Part shown: piece by piece, positions 6,816-16,366 of the stretch | Position numbering within the stretch: the first letter of the stretch is position 1 | Layout of the letters: every line of letters begins with the position of its first letter | From: Formosa sp. Hel1_33_131 | GTDB taxonomy: Bacteria; Bacteroidota; Bacteroidia; Flavobacteriales; Flavobacteriaceae | DNA: 32,000 nucleotides | Assembly (NCBI RefSeq): GCF_001735745.1 | Contig: NZ_CP017260.1 | Location: 1,230,001-1,262,000 of the forward strand | Direction: 5' to 3' | Notes under the pieces: generated by a model | Seen by the model: the letters and a program-made list of their open reading frames with translations, nothing else | The model's database searches: none | Told to the model about the DNA's origin: nothing | Position numbers and translations under genes: made by a program

Positions 6816-7133
6816 ATGTCTAAAAAGAAAATCATATTACTCCCTAAGTCTGAAAAAATACTTTCTCAATTAGGGGCGAATATTCGCCTGGCAAGACTGC
6901 GCAGAAAATTAAGTGCAGAACAGCTTTCAGAAAGAGCCCACATAGGACGGTCAACACTCTGGAAAATTGAAGAAGGCAAAGCCTCTGTGTCTATGGGCAA
7001 TTACCTTCAAGTACTCCTTGTTTTAGGATTGGAAAAAGATCTTTTAAATGTTGCAGATGACGATGTTTTAGGTCGAAAAATTCAAGACATAGACCTTGTA
7101 GTAAAAGAAAGAGCCCCTAAAAAACATAAATGA
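6816..7133 (+). CDS. hipB: XRE-family HTH antitoxin (HipB-like)
   Basis: 105 aa with an HTH region LGANIRLARLRRKLSAEQLSERAHIGRSTLWKIEEG. Its stop overlaps the hipA start as ATGA at 7130-7133. Confidence 0.8.
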   Translation: MSKKKIILLPKSEKILSQLGANIRLARLRRKLSAEQLSERAHIGRSTLWKIEEGKASVSMGNYLQVLLVLGLEKDLLNVADDDVLGRKIQDIDLVVKERAPKKHK

Positions 7134-8395
7134 TGAGAGCCGAAAGAAGAACGCTTTTCGTGTATGCACATTGGGTGGGTTTAGACCAACCAACGCTAAT
7201 GGGAATGTTATACAGTTCATTATCGAAAGGAAAGGAATTGTTCTCATTTGAATACGATAGAGCATGGTTAAAGTTACCAGAATCTAGAGCTATTGATCCG
7301 GATTTACAATTGTATTCTGGCCCTCAATATCTGAAGGGTGAGAAGTCTAATTTTGGTATGTTTATGGATTCGTCACCAGACCGTTGGGGGCGCTTATTAA
7401 TAAGGCGAAAAGAAGCCGTGCTCGCAAGAAAAGAAAACCGAAAAGCAAGAACCCTTTTTGAAACCGACTACGTTCTTGGTGTCTTTGATGAAAACAGAAT
7501 GGGTGCGCTACGGTTTAAAACCGCTGCAGACGGTCCTTTTATGGACAACAACACGAAAATATCCGCACCACCTTGGACCGCATTGCGCGATTTAGAATTT
7601 GCAAGTTTACAATTAGAAAAAGAAGGGGCGACAGACGATCCTGAATATTTAGATTGGCTACATATACTCATGGCACCTGGGTCATCATTAGGAGGTGCTA
7701 GACCCAAAGCAAATGTACAAGCCAAAGATGGTTCATTATGGATTGCAAAATTTCCTAGTGGTAACGATGATAAAGACGTTGGTGCGTGGGAACAGCTCGT
7801 TTATGAGCTTGCCATTCAATGTAGAATTGATATGGCAGAATCAAGAATTCAAAAATTTTCGCACCATCAACATACGTTTCTAACAAAGCGTTTTGATAGA
7901 ACTGCTGATGGACAACGGGTTCACTTTGCTTCGGCAATCACTTTATTGGGCTATACGGATGGCACCAACGTTCATGATGGGGTTAGCTACCTGGAGCTTG
8001 TAGAGTTCTTAATGAAAAATGGCGCGAATATCGATGAAGACTTGATAAAACTTTGGACGCGAATTGTCTTTAACATCTGCGTTTCTAACACAGATGATCA
8101 CCTACGTAATCATGGGTTTTTACTAACACAAAGCGGTTGGGTTCTTTCGCCTGCTTATGATATGAATGCCATAGAAAACGGCAGTGGTCTTACCCTGAAT
8201 ATTGACGAAAATGATAACTCTCTAAGTATCGAATTGGCACTAGAAGTCGCCCCTTATTTCAGATTAAACCCTAATAAAGCACAAGAAATTATGGATCATA
8301 TTTTAAAAGTCATCTCGAATTGGAGAGAACTCGCAAAAAAAATTGGGGTGTCAAGATCTGAAATGGAAAGAATGCATACTTGTTTTAAGTCTTAA
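7130..8395 (+). CDS. hipA: HipA-family serine/threonine kinase toxin
   Basis: 421 aa. It has the N-terminal coupling-domain motif DSSPDRWGR, the P-loop-like GSSLGGARPKA, the catalytic loop NTDDHLRNHGF, and SPAYDMN. Confidence 0.9.
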   Translation: MMRAERRTLFVYAHWVGLDQPTLMGMLYSSLSKGKELFSFEYDRAWLKLPESRAIDPDLQLYSGPQYLKGEKSNFGMFMDSSPDRWGRLLIRRKEAVLARKENRKARTLFETDYVLGVFDENRMGALRFKTAADGPFMDNNTKISAPPWTALRDLEFASLQLEKEGATDDPEYLDWLHILMAPGSSLGGARPKANVQAKDGSLWIAKFPSGNDDKDVGAWEQLVYELAIQCRIDMAESRIQKFSHHQHTFLTKRFDRTADGQRVHFASAITLLGYTDGTNVHDGVSYLELVEFLMKNGANIDEDLIKLWTRIVFNICVSNTDDHLRNHGFLLTQSGWVLSPAYDMNAIENGSGLTLNIDENDNSLSIELALEVAPYFRLNPNKAQEIMDHILKVISNWRELAKKIGVSRSEMERMHTCFKS

Positions 8396-8416
8396 AAAAG
8401 AACAACTCAACTAAAA

Positions 8417-9265
8417 CTACTCCGTTTCTATATACGTATCTATATAGGTTGATAATTTTGAGGTCGTGTCTAACAAGTTATCTCCTTCCCAGCCATGACC
8501 TTCTTGTGGGTAAAAGTGAAACTCATGTGCCACCCCTAGGGTGGTGAGTTGTGCATCTAGTTCGACTCCTTGCGAGGTTGGGACTAAAGGATCCATACCT
8601 CCGTAAAACAATAGGGTTGGCGGCGAAGTTGCGGTTGCTCTGTGGTAAGGGCTCGCAGCTTCTAAAAACTCGATAGAAGGGCTTCCAAATAATTGAAAGA
8701 CTGGTTGATACGCCGGGTTATCATAATAGGCAGGATCTGTGAAATTAGCAGGTCCAACTATACTACAAACCATATCTACTTGGTTATTGTCGTCATAGGC
8801 ATAGCTCCACAATAATGCTAAATGAGCCCCTGAACTAAAACCAATAAAACCAATGTCATCACTCACAGTAAGTGAGGATTTATTCATAGAAATATAATCG
8901 ACCACCGATGAAATATCCTCTGTTTGCAAGGGGATTGGGGGATTACCAAAACTGGCTAAGGTATAGTTCATATTAATAATTCCCACATTGGGGTGAAGGG
9001 ATGAAATAGAATCTTTAATGATATCCATGTCCTCCTTGTCTCCTGAAATCCATGTGCCTCCGTGAACTAAAATGAGAATTTTAGTATTGTTGGTTCGGTT
9101 TTCTGGAAGGTAAATATCAAAAACTTGTTTTGGGTCTGAACCATAAGAAACGTTTAAAGCTTCATAGGCTTCCACCACTTCGGGTTCCTCTGGATTGTCT
9201 TTAGAACAACCTAAGTAAAGTGCCAAAAATAGGGATAAGAAAATAATTTTTTTAAGTGTTTTCAT
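8417..9265 (-). CDS. Alpha/beta hydrolase (esterase/lipase-like) lipoprotein
   Basis: 282 aa with lipobox LALYLGCSK, an HGG-type oxyanion motif LVHGGTW and a nucleophile elbow GFSSGAH. Confidence 0.8.
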   Translation of the reverse strand: MKTLKKIIFLSLFLALYLGCSKDNPEEPEVVEAYEALNVSYGSDPKQVFDIYLPENRTNNTKILILVHGGTWISGDKEDMDIIKDSISSLHPNVGIINMNYTLASFGNPPIPLQTEDISSVVDYISMNKSSLTVSDDIGFIGFSSGAHLALLWSYAYDDNNQVDMVCSIVGPANFTDPAYYDNPAYQPVFQLFGSPSIEFLEAASPYHRATATSPPTLLFYGGMDPLVPTSQGVELDAQLTTLGVAHEFHFYPQEGHGWEGDNLLDTTSKLSTYIDTYIETE

Positions 9266-9436
9266 AACGTAGTTTTTAAAGAATAATTAGTAGGATATAG
9301 GGCATCTCGTTAAATTATAATTGTAATTTTTGATAAAAATACAAAACAAAAAAGAAGAATCTCTGCATTCTAAGACCTTTTATTAGTAGCATTTCAAAAT
9401 TTTATTTAAAAAATAATTACGTCTCCCAACAGGTTA

Positions 9437-9453
9437 ACTTGTATAATACAAGT
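9437..9453. promoter_or_regulatory. Perfect 17-bp palindrome ACTTGTATAATACAAGT; candidate operator
   Basis: Read directly from the sequence. It lies 84 nt upstream of the ATG at 9537. Confidence 0.4.
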
Positions 9454-9536
9454 GAAATATTGTATCATAAGTCACTAATATATAGGTGCTTATTATAAAA
9501 TTTATTGTAAATTGTAATATAAATCAATTTAAAGAC

Positions 9537-10004
9537 ATGGCCATTTACCCCCCCCCACTTATGAATCCAAGCATAGAAATTGTAGTAACGCTCTTATGCG
9601 TAATTCTCACCTCAATAACAGCTTATGGCGCACTCACACGCCAAAGAAGCTGGTTTACTCTAGGCATTTGCTTTTTCAGTACAATGCCGATAATAGGAGA
9701 GTTATTAGTCTATGCAGAAGATGATAATTTGGTGCATTTAGCTTTAGTCATGGTTTTTTTGGTTCAAGTAGTAATCACTCTGCCATTAAACATACGTTAT
9801 GGTGTTGAAAACCCCACAGCAAAGGCTCTGGCTCAAAAAATTGGAGTCGCTATTTTAACGGCCAATCTGTGTCAAGGATTTCTAGTTTTAAATACAGAAC
9901 TTGGAGTACCCCATCAATTTGGCTACCTCCATTTAGTTGTTGCCTTGATCATGCTTTATACGGTTGTAAGATCAATCACACAAAAAGAGATACACTGGCG
10001 TTAA
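9537..10004 (+). CDS. Hypothetical multi-pass membrane protein
   Basis: Track ORF 9486..10004 starts at GTG. The ATG at 9537 (MAIYPPPLMNPS...) or at 9561 is more plausible. It has about 5 hydrophobic helices. Confidence 0.6.
   Translation: MAIYPPPLMNPSIEIVVTLLCVILTSITAYGALTRQRSWFTLGICFFSTMPIIGELLVYAEDDNLVHLALVMVFLVQVVITLPLNIRYGVENPTAKALAQKIGVAILTANLCQGFLVLNTELGVPHQFGYLHLVVALIMLYTVVRSITQKEIHWR
9548..9556 (+). repeat. C9 homopolymeric tract
   Basis: Nine consecutive C were counted at 9548-9556. They encode Y-P-P-P (tac ccc ccc cca) at codons 4-7 of the 9537 ORF. Confidence 0.9.
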
Positions 10005-10095
10005 TCTAGTTAAACAACGTGCCCAACCCCTATAGAGTGACAAAAAACAACCTTAATTAGACCCCTTTTAAAGATGTTAAGATCGCAAACGACGA

Positions 10096-10731
10096 CTAAT
10101 TTTTTGTTTGATTGTAGAAATGGGCTATTTTATAAATATTATCATATTTAAACCAACTTCTATCTGTGGTACGTCCCATAAATTTTTGATTATCCCAAGC
10201 GATATTTTTCATTTGATTTCTGAAACGCAACTTTGTGATCTTAGAAATTTGACCATCTTTAAGCGCTAAATAACTTAGCATTTGACCTTCATTAAAAGTA
10301 ATTGACCCTGAATAACTGGAAGCCACTTCGGCTTTTGGGTTTTGAAAAATCGTGAGGTGCTCTCCATAATAAAGTGCCACATAAAACATACGTTTCCCAA
10401 ATTTTTTCTTTAAATTTTTAGGCAATGAAAGAATAATCAAACCGTCATAAGAAATAAGCTGACAATCCATCGCCTTAATGGTTCTTGCTTTATCTCCTTT
10501 TTTAACACGGTAACGGAACGAGCTTATATCGTTTCCTTTATAAGCATAGCCCCGAACTTGACCTACAAGTTCACTGCCATCGGCTAACAAAATGGTTCCC
10601 GGAAGCCAGGAAGCACCCACGAATTTTTTGGTAGTTGAAGTGTTTCCACTATTATAATATGTCTTTGTAGTTTGTGCTACGGAAGTAAGGCCTAAGATTA
10701 AAAAGGCGAAAATAATTAGTTGTTTTCTCAT
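10096..10731 (-). CDS. Hypothetical secreted protein
   Basis: 211 aa with signal peptide MRKQLIIFAFLILGLTSVAQ. I recognise no motif. Confidence 0.6.
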   Translation of the reverse strand: MRKQLIIFAFLILGLTSVAQTTKTYYNSGNTSTTKKFVGASWLPGTILLADGSELVGQVRGYAYKGNDISSFRYRVKKGDKARTIKAMDCQLISYDGLIILSLPKNLKKKFGKRMFYVALYYGEHLTIFQNPKAEVASSYSGSITFNEGQMLSYLALKDGQISKITKLRFRNQMKNIAWDNQKFMGRTTDRSWFKYDNIYKIAHFYNQTKN

Positions 10732-10786
10732 GATTGATTAATTTGTTGCAATTTACAATATTAATTATAGGCATAAAACAAAAAAA

Positions 10787-10805
10787 GCCCACTCTAGGAG
10801 TGGGC
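10787..10805 (-). terminator. Rho-independent terminator for the 65-aa gene
   Basis: The stem is GCCCACTC/GAGTGGGC with a 3-nt loop. On the minus strand it is followed by TTTTTTTGTTTT. Confidence 0.75.
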
Positions 10806-10830
10806 TTTAAATTGTTTAGATTGGAAAACT

Positions 10831-11028
10831 TTAAACGGCCTTCTTTACAAAAGGTAATCCTGTTTTTTCGTTTTCTACAATCATTTTTCCAGCAGGAAGA
10901 TCACATGTATTATCACGCTCATCTTTGGCGAAATAATAGATAGTTTGTTCTCTACCACCTTTAAGAATTACATCTTTAGTGTGTAAAAAATACGTCTTTC
11001 CTTTACTATTTTTGAATGAATATCCCAT
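10831..11028 (-). CDS. Small conserved hypothetical protein, 65 aa
   Basis: Track ORF MGYSFKNSKGKTYFLHTKDVILKGGREQTIYYFAKDE... It is followed by a strong terminator. Confidence 0.6.
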   Translation of the reverse strand: MGYSFKNSKGKTYFLHTKDVILKGGREQTIYYFAKDERDNTCDLPAGKMIVENEKTGLPFVKKAV

Positions 11029-11114
11029 AATATATATTTATTTTAGTCTAAATTACAAAAATTAGTTTGTTCTTTCCAAAAAAAATATCAGATAAATGCC
11101 ATTTTTTTTAAGAA

Positions 11115-11966
11115 CTAGCACAAATTGTTAATAAAGTGGGTGATTTTTGAGTGAATTTCCTGTAAACAAGGGGGTAATTCACTAGAATCCCAAGGATGAT
11201 GGCTTCCAAAGACATGATTCGCGCCTTCCAATACCATGAGTTCACTCTGTGGATGCCATTCATGTAATTCCAACGCCTCTTTTAAATCCACACTTGTGTC
11301 TGAATCTCCATGAATAATTAAGTGTGGTAGCTTTAAATTTTTAGCAGCGTCTTGAATGTTCAGTTTGGACGCATTCGCCTTGAAATTTTTATAGAATTGA
11401 AAATAATGAGGCATCTGTTGTTTGGTGCGCCCATTCATCACAAAACTTACACCTGACGATTTCCAAGCCTCAAGATCCGACCCTTTAGGGAATCTCGATT
11501 TAAAATCAGAAACCCCTGCAAGGCTTACAAGATTTTTAACACGGGAATCTTCAGCTGCTTTTAGAGTGACAATCCCACCACCACGGCTATGACCTACTAA
11601 AGTAATATTAGAGACATCAATATATGAGTGTTTCGCATAGGTTGTTTCCACCCAATCCAGCACCTGATTCAAATCGTCTAATTCTTTGGTGTAGTTGTTA
11701 TGACCAAAAGCTTCAAGGTCTGGAAAATCGATTGGTTGCTCAACTGTCCCGCCATTGTGAGAAAAATTAAATTTTAAAACGGCTACCCCAGACGCCGCAA
11801 AGGTCTTTGAAAGTAAATTCCAAGCACCCCAGTCTTTAAAGCCTTTATAGCCATGGCAAAAGATGATGAGCGGCGCATCCGTTACATTCTTATTATAAAA
11901 AATATCTAACAAGATTGGTAAACGATGTGGACCCTTAATGACTTTATTTCTTTCTTCAATGACCAT
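11115..11966 (-). CDS. Alpha/beta hydrolase
   Basis: 283 aa with nucleophile elbow GHSRGG, plus HGDSDTSV and GANHVF as Asp and His triad candidates. Its start codon directly abuts the stop of the upstream nuclease gene. Confidence 0.8.
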   Translation of the reverse strand: MVIEERNKVIKGPHRLPILLDIFYNKNVTDAPLIIFCHGYKGFKDWGAWNLLSKTFAASGVAVLKFNFSHNGGTVEQPIDFPDLEAFGHNNYTKELDDLNQVLDWVETTYAKHSYIDVSNITLVGHSRGGGIVTLKAAEDSRVKNLVSLAGVSDFKSRFPKGSDLEAWKSSGVSFVMNGRTKQQMPHYFQFYKNFKANASKLNIQDAAKNLKLPHLIIHGDSDTSVDLKEALELHEWHPQSELMVLEGANHVFGSHHPWDSSELPPCLQEIHSKITHFINNLC

Positions 11967-14723
11967 TTAAACTTCTTTTTCGATAATCTCAATGTCTGGA
12001 TTAAAAAGCTCTAGAATGAGTGTTTTGAGTTCGTGCTCATAACGGACTAAAAAATCCGTGGACAATAAGGTGGTTTTCTGAGCATAGGCTCCCGGTTTGT
12101 CTTTCTTAGCAAACTTCAATAACCCTGATTTTAGATTTTTAAACGAGATGATACCCGCTTCCACTGGCGTCGTGAACGGCGTTTCGGTATTTAGCATATA
12201 TGCATACGTCATGATCTGAAAACTTTTACTATGCGCTTTATAGTCGCTGGTGATGTCGTCCCAATGTACCAACTCCAGTTCGGATTGAGATACCTGTGAG
12301 GTTTTATAATCAATAATTCTGCGAGTCCCATTGCACACATCGATTCGGTCAATGGTTCCAATCAATTGAATCGGGGTTTTGAGTTCGGGAATGTCAATGG
12401 CAACCGCCATTTTGGATTCTATCGCTTCAATTATAATCTCATCGCCCTTATTGATACAGGCTAATTCGTAGTTCAAAAAATTTGAAACATAGCGTTTGGC
12501 AATTTCAAAACTAATCAGATTGAGTCCCTGAGTGATATCGCCTTCTTTATAAAGTTCCTTAAAATAATAGGTGACTGTCGCATCGATTTTGGATTTTAAA
12601 CCCATCAGCATTGCTGGTTCCAAAACCTTTCCAATAAATGGTTTGTAAAAAGCTTCCAGTGTGTTATGAATGATACTTCCAAACGTATTCGCAGCAACCG
12701 TTTCTTCTAAAAGAATATCAGCCTTGACCCCTAAAATTTTCTGATTGTAAAAATCAATTGGATTCCGAATGTATTGACTTAATGAGGAGGGTGAAAATCC
12801 TTTCGCTGCCACCGTTTTAAGTTTTGAAATAATTTCAGGGGATTTCTTTACCGTGAGTAATTGCGGAGTAATCTGTGGTGTCTCTGGAATGACTATTTTA
12901 TGATCTAAGTTGTGATGTGCTTCAAACTCTAATTGGGTTATAAAACGACTGCGTTCGCCACCACTTAATACATCGGGCTCGGTGTTATAAATGATATGTG
13001 CATTCTTAGCGCGCTGAAGCAATCGATAAAAGTGATAGGTATAGACCGCATCCTTTTCTTTGTAGGTAGGCAGTCCGTTTTCAATTTTAACATCAAAAGG
13101 GATAAAAGAATTATTGGTTTTACCTGCCGGCAACACCCCTTCGTTGACTGAGACAATTATCACTGTTTCAAAATCTAAAACCCGGGATTCCAACATCCCC
13201 ATGATCTGAAGTCCTTTCAACGGTTGTCCTTTAAAGTCCAAGGTTTCGAGACTCAATAATTCTTTATAAAGACTTTGTAAAACTTTGATGCTCGTGATAT
13301 AGCTATAAGTAACGTTTAAGCGTTGTAGGTGATTGAAAATTTCTGAAAACCGATATAAATATTCTAAAGCTAATAAGTGGTTATTTTTAGATTTGGTATA
13401 ATGGTCTTTCAGTTTAAAAATAAGCGTTAAAACACGTTCAATCGCTTTGTTAGGCTGGTCGTTCCAAGTCGCAAACAAAAGCTCTAAATTTTCTTTATGA
13501 TTGGGAGCGATGGCAATGATTTGATCTTTAGAGAGGCTTATTAAGTTTTGATGTTTAATCGTCGTGATGATCAATTGAGCCGCATCTTCCTCTTGAGTTT
13601 GAAACAAGGGACGCACAAATTGGTGCGACAATACGCCAATCACATCTTGGTAATAGTACAGGGGTGTAGGGTCTTTATGAAGCTGAAACCATTGATCGAT
13701 AAAGGCTGAAAAAGGGATTTGCTTTAAAGGCAATCCCATGGTGATATTAATGTCCTCTATACAGCTCGGAATTGAATTCAATATCGGAATCAATAAATCC
13801 TCATTCCCTAAAACCAAGGCTGTATTTTGGAGTTTGTTTTCGGTATATAACTGTTGTAAAAGTGCACCCACATATTTAACCTGACCTATGTTTTTAGGGG
13901 TTCCAACGACGGATATATTTTTGGGATTGGTATAATGATTAGAAACCCACTTAAAGGGTTGAGATTTAAAATGTCTCCACGTTTTTTGATGTTGTCTTAT
14001 AAAGTATCCCGCATCGTGTTGGGGAGTCTCTATAAACGTTTGGTCGATGTCCCAATAAATTTTTGCTTTGTCTTGTTGTAACAACTCCTGAATGATGGTG
14101 GATTCAGAAGCATTCAAAGCATTAAACCCTAAAAAGACATGCGACTTATCTGGATGGTTTTGAATGTAGGCCTCTAGGTTTTCGACGGCTTCTCTGTAAA
14201 TTAAGCCTTGATAGCCTGCTCCTTTTTGAAGAAGATGCGCCGTGAATTTGGTGTAATACGTATGCACCTTTTTCCAAAAAGACAAATAGCCTTTGATAAG
14301 GGGAGTTGAATTTGGCTCTAAAGACCAATGATTGATCTCCTGAATGGCGGATAGGTATTCAAAAATCTGATTTTGAGGAATTAAATAGCGGTCAATTTCA
14401 TTAAAATCTTGAAGTACAATGGGCGCCCATTTTGAAAAACTATCAAATGAATCTCTTTCTTTTAGGGGTGTAAGCTCTAAATAGACTTCGTAAAACTCAA
14501 AGATAAGTTCGGTACTGCTAAGGAGTCTTAATTGAGATAGCTCTTCTATAAAGGTCTCAATGGCAATTATTTCAGGTAAGAAGCCTGTTGTTTTGTTTAA
14601 TTTGGACCACTCCATTTTAAGAAATATCCCGGCCCGCTTATTCGGGAGAATAAGGCTGAGTTTGGAAACATCTTTCGAATGTATTTCCAGGTCTTTTAAA
14701 ACGTCATAAATAAAACTTGTCAT
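11967..14723 (-). CDS. PD-(D/E)XK nuclease family protein (AddB/RexB-like)
   Basis: 918 aa. The C-terminal nuclease motif is IGTIDRIDV...RRIIDYKTSQ. It has an inactivated helicase-like core (SVNEGVLPAGK) and no N-terminal P-loop. Confidence 0.8.
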   Translation of the reverse strand: MTSFIYDVLKDLEIHSKDVSKLSLILPNKRAGIFLKMEWSKLNKTTGFLPEIIAIETFIEELSQLRLLSSTELIFEFYEVYLELTPLKERDSFDSFSKWAPIVLQDFNEIDRYLIPQNQIFEYLSAIQEINHWSLEPNSTPLIKGYLSFWKKVHTYYTKFTAHLLQKGAGYQGLIYREAVENLEAYIQNHPDKSHVFLGFNALNASESTIIQELLQQDKAKIYWDIDQTFIETPQHDAGYFIRQHQKTWRHFKSQPFKWVSNHYTNPKNISVVGTPKNIGQVKYVGALLQQLYTENKLQNTALVLGNEDLLIPILNSIPSCIEDINITMGLPLKQIPFSAFIDQWFQLHKDPTPLYYYQDVIGVLSHQFVRPLFQTQEEDAAQLIITTIKHQNLISLSKDQIIAIAPNHKENLELLFATWNDQPNKAIERVLTLIFKLKDHYTKSKNNHLLALEYLYRFSEIFNHLQRLNVTYSYITSIKVLQSLYKELLSLETLDFKGQPLKGLQIMGMLESRVLDFETVIIVSVNEGVLPAGKTNNSFIPFDVKIENGLPTYKEKDAVYTYHFYRLLQRAKNAHIIYNTEPDVLSGGERSRFITQLEFEAHHNLDHKIVIPETPQITPQLLTVKKSPEIISKLKTVAAKGFSPSSLSQYIRNPIDFYNQKILGVKADILLEETVAANTFGSIIHNTLEAFYKPFIGKVLEPAMLMGLKSKIDATVTYYFKELYKEGDITQGLNLISFEIAKRYVSNFLNYELACINKGDEIIIEAIESKMAVAIDIPELKTPIQLIGTIDRIDVCNGTRRIIDYKTSQVSQSELELVHWDDITSDYKAHSKSFQIMTYAYMLNTETPFTTPVEAGIISFKNLKSGLLKFAKKDKPGAYAQKTTLLSTDFLVRYEHELKTLILELFNPDIEIIEKEV

Positions 14724-14740
14724 GTTATAAAAATAAAAAA

Positions 14741-14762
14741 ACGCTTCGCAATAGCGAAGCGT
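14741..14762 (-). terminator. Rho-independent terminator after the OmpA gene
   Basis: A 9-bp stem ACGCTTCGC/GCGAAGCGT with a 4-nt loop. On the minus strand it is followed by TTTTTTTATTTTT. Confidence 0.8.
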
Positions 14763-14792
14763 TTTAAGCTTTTTATTATGTAATAGTAAAAA

Positions 14793-16220
14793 CTATTCAG
14801 CCAATTTAACTTCTACACGTCTGTTAGCCGTTCTTCCTGCGGCAGTCATGTTAGATTCAATTGGGTTGTTTTCACCAAAACCAATCGAAGTTAATCTATC
14901 TGCTGCAACACCATTTTCCACTAAATAATCTACAACTTTTTGAGCTCTTCTTTCAGAGAGTAATTGGTTGAAATTTTTATTAGTACCCGTGCTGTCTGTA
15001 TGTCCTTCAACAACAAAGTTAGCTGTAGGGTATTCTTTTAGAATTGCTGTAATAGCCTTTAAAGTTGGGTATGCTGATTGTTTCAAATCTGATTTCCCTA
15101 AGCTAAAGTTGATTGTTCTTGCGTAACTTGTAAGTTTTGTCTGTAATTCATCCGTTGGAATCATTTCAGGACAACCATTGTTAGCAACAGTTCCTGCTTC
15201 CGTAGGACAGTTGTCATCTTTATCTAAAACACCGTCACCGTCACTATCTTTCCAAGGACATCCGTTGTTAGCCACTGGGCCTGCTTCATTTGGACATTCA
15301 TCTTGAGCATTTGCAAGACCATCTGCATCTGCATCTGGACAACCCGCTAATGCTTTTAATCCAGCTTCATTAGGACATGTGTCATTGTTATCAGATACAC
15401 CGTCTCCGTCTGTATCAGGACATCCGTTGTACTCAGCTAGACCAGCTAATTCAGGACACGTATCTTTTGAATCTTCAATGCCATCTCCATCTGTGTCAGG
15501 ACATCCGTTGAATTCTTCTAAACCAGGTACTTCTGGACAAAGATCATGTTTGTCATATATACCATCTCCATCTGTGTCAACTCCTCCAAATTTGAAAGCA
15601 ACTCCTACAGAATGTTGGAAATGTTTTGTTAAGTAATCTTTAAAAGAATGCTTGTATGTAGACTGCGCTGTGATTCCAACGTTGTCAGAAAACCAATACG
15701 CCAAACCAACAGTTCCATTTAAAGTTCCAGCTCCCACTAAAGCGGAGCCCCCTGCACCAGAGTTGCTATTAAAAGCACCTTCTTCGATCCAAGTATATCC
15801 ACCACCGATACCAACAAATGGCTCTAGTTTTTTTGTATTCAACAATCCTGAAAGGCTGTATTTCACGTTTCCATCAACTGCATAATACATTAGATTGTTT
15901 ACAGAAACAGGTGTCCCATCTTGAGTTTGTCCCCATTTGTCCAGTCTGTTTATAGACCCTGAAAACCCTACAGAGAAACCATCTTCAACATATTTTTGTA
16001 AAGAAATTAAAGAAATTGAGGGAAGAATACTCCAGTTTTCTTCTACGTTATAGAATTCTTGGAAATAATCTCCTTGAGGAGCGTCTTCACCGACAGGAAA
16101 TACATCTACAGCATTTACACCAATTGTAAGTTGCCATGGGTTGTTTTCGTCTTGTGCATTTACATTGCCAATCGCGAAGACTAGTAATGTTGTTAGAATT
16201 AATCTGTTAAGATTTTTCAT
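14793..16220 (-). CDS. OmpA-family outer membrane protein with thrombospondin type-3 repeats
   Basis: 475 aa with a signal peptide and an N-terminal beta-barrel-like region. It has five DxDxDGxxDxxDxCP repeats and a C-terminal OmpA domain ([25 protein letters not shown]). Confidence 0.9.
   Translation of the reverse strand: MKNLNRLILTTLLVFAIGNVNAQDENNPWQLTIGVNAVDVFPVGEDAPQGDYFQEFYNVEENWSILPSISLISLQKYVEDGFSVGFSGSINRLDKWGQTQDGTPVSVNNLMYYAVDGNVKYSLSGLLNTKKLEPFVGIGGGYTWIEEGAFNSNSGAGGSALVGAGTLNGTVGLAYWFSDNVGITAQSTYKHSFKDYLTKHFQHSVGVAFKFGGVDTDGDGIYDKHDLCPEVPGLEEFNGCPDTDGDGIEDSKDTCPELAGLAEYNGCPDTDGDGVSDNNDTCPNEAGLKALAGCPDADADGLANAQDECPNEAGPVANNGCPWKDSDGDGVLDKDDNCPTEAGTVANNGCPEMIPTDELQTKLTSYARTINFSLGKSDLKQSAYPTLKAITAILKEYPTANFVVEGHTDSTGTNKNFNQLLSERRAQKVVDYLVENGVAADRLTSIGFGENNPIESNMTAAGRTANRRVEVKLAE
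15168..15581 (-). repeat. Five tandem ~23-codon thrombospondin type-3 repeats inside the OmpA CDS
   Basis: Protein residues 214-351 are periodic: [16 protein letters not shown] / [16 protein letters not shown] / [16 protein letters not shown] / [16 protein letters not shown] / [16 protein letters not shown]. Confidence 0.85.
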
Positions 16221-16283
16221 GTGTTCGTGATTTTAATTTATTAAGTTAAGTAAACGCAAAAATAAGATGTTATTCTTACAAAA

Positions 16284-16291
16284 CAAATATA
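16284..16291 (-). promoter_or_regulatory. -7 promoter box TATATTTG (minus strand) upstream of the OmpA gene
   Basis: The plus strand reads CAAATATA, which is TAnnTTTG on the minus strand. It lies 64 nt upstream of the ATG at 16220. Confidence 0.4.
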
Positions 16292-16366
16292 ATATATAAA
16301 AAAACAATATTAATTTCCAAAAAGACTTGAGATTAATGTTATTTTTTTATCTAAAACATGTTAAAA

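Noticed and set aside
7068-7937. Track ORFs 7068..7265, 7468..7725, 7755..7937 (-) and 7695..7883 (+)
   Set aside because: They are embedded in the strongly supported hipA CDS, either antisense or alternate frame, with no motifs.
9486-9536. GVG-start 5' extension of the membrane protein ORF (MLIIKFIVNCNINQFKD)
   Set aside because: Note that the start in question is the GTG at 9486. The extension runs through AT-rich promoter-like sequence containing the ATTGTAA tandem, and an ATG at 9537 gives a more natural start.
10734-10943. 69-aa plus-strand ORF
   Set aside because: It runs through the terminator hairpin at 10787-10805 and antisense to the 65-aa gene, so it is very likely spurious.
12965-14328. 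Track ORFs 12965..13156 and 14146..14328 (-)
   Set aside because: They are alternate frames inside the 918-aa nuclease CDS.
15379-15885. Antisense ORFs of 85 aa and 77 aa, rich in Ser and Pro
   Set aside because: They are complement-strand artefacts of the Asp/Gly-rich TSP3 repeat codons and beta-barrel region of the OmpA gene.
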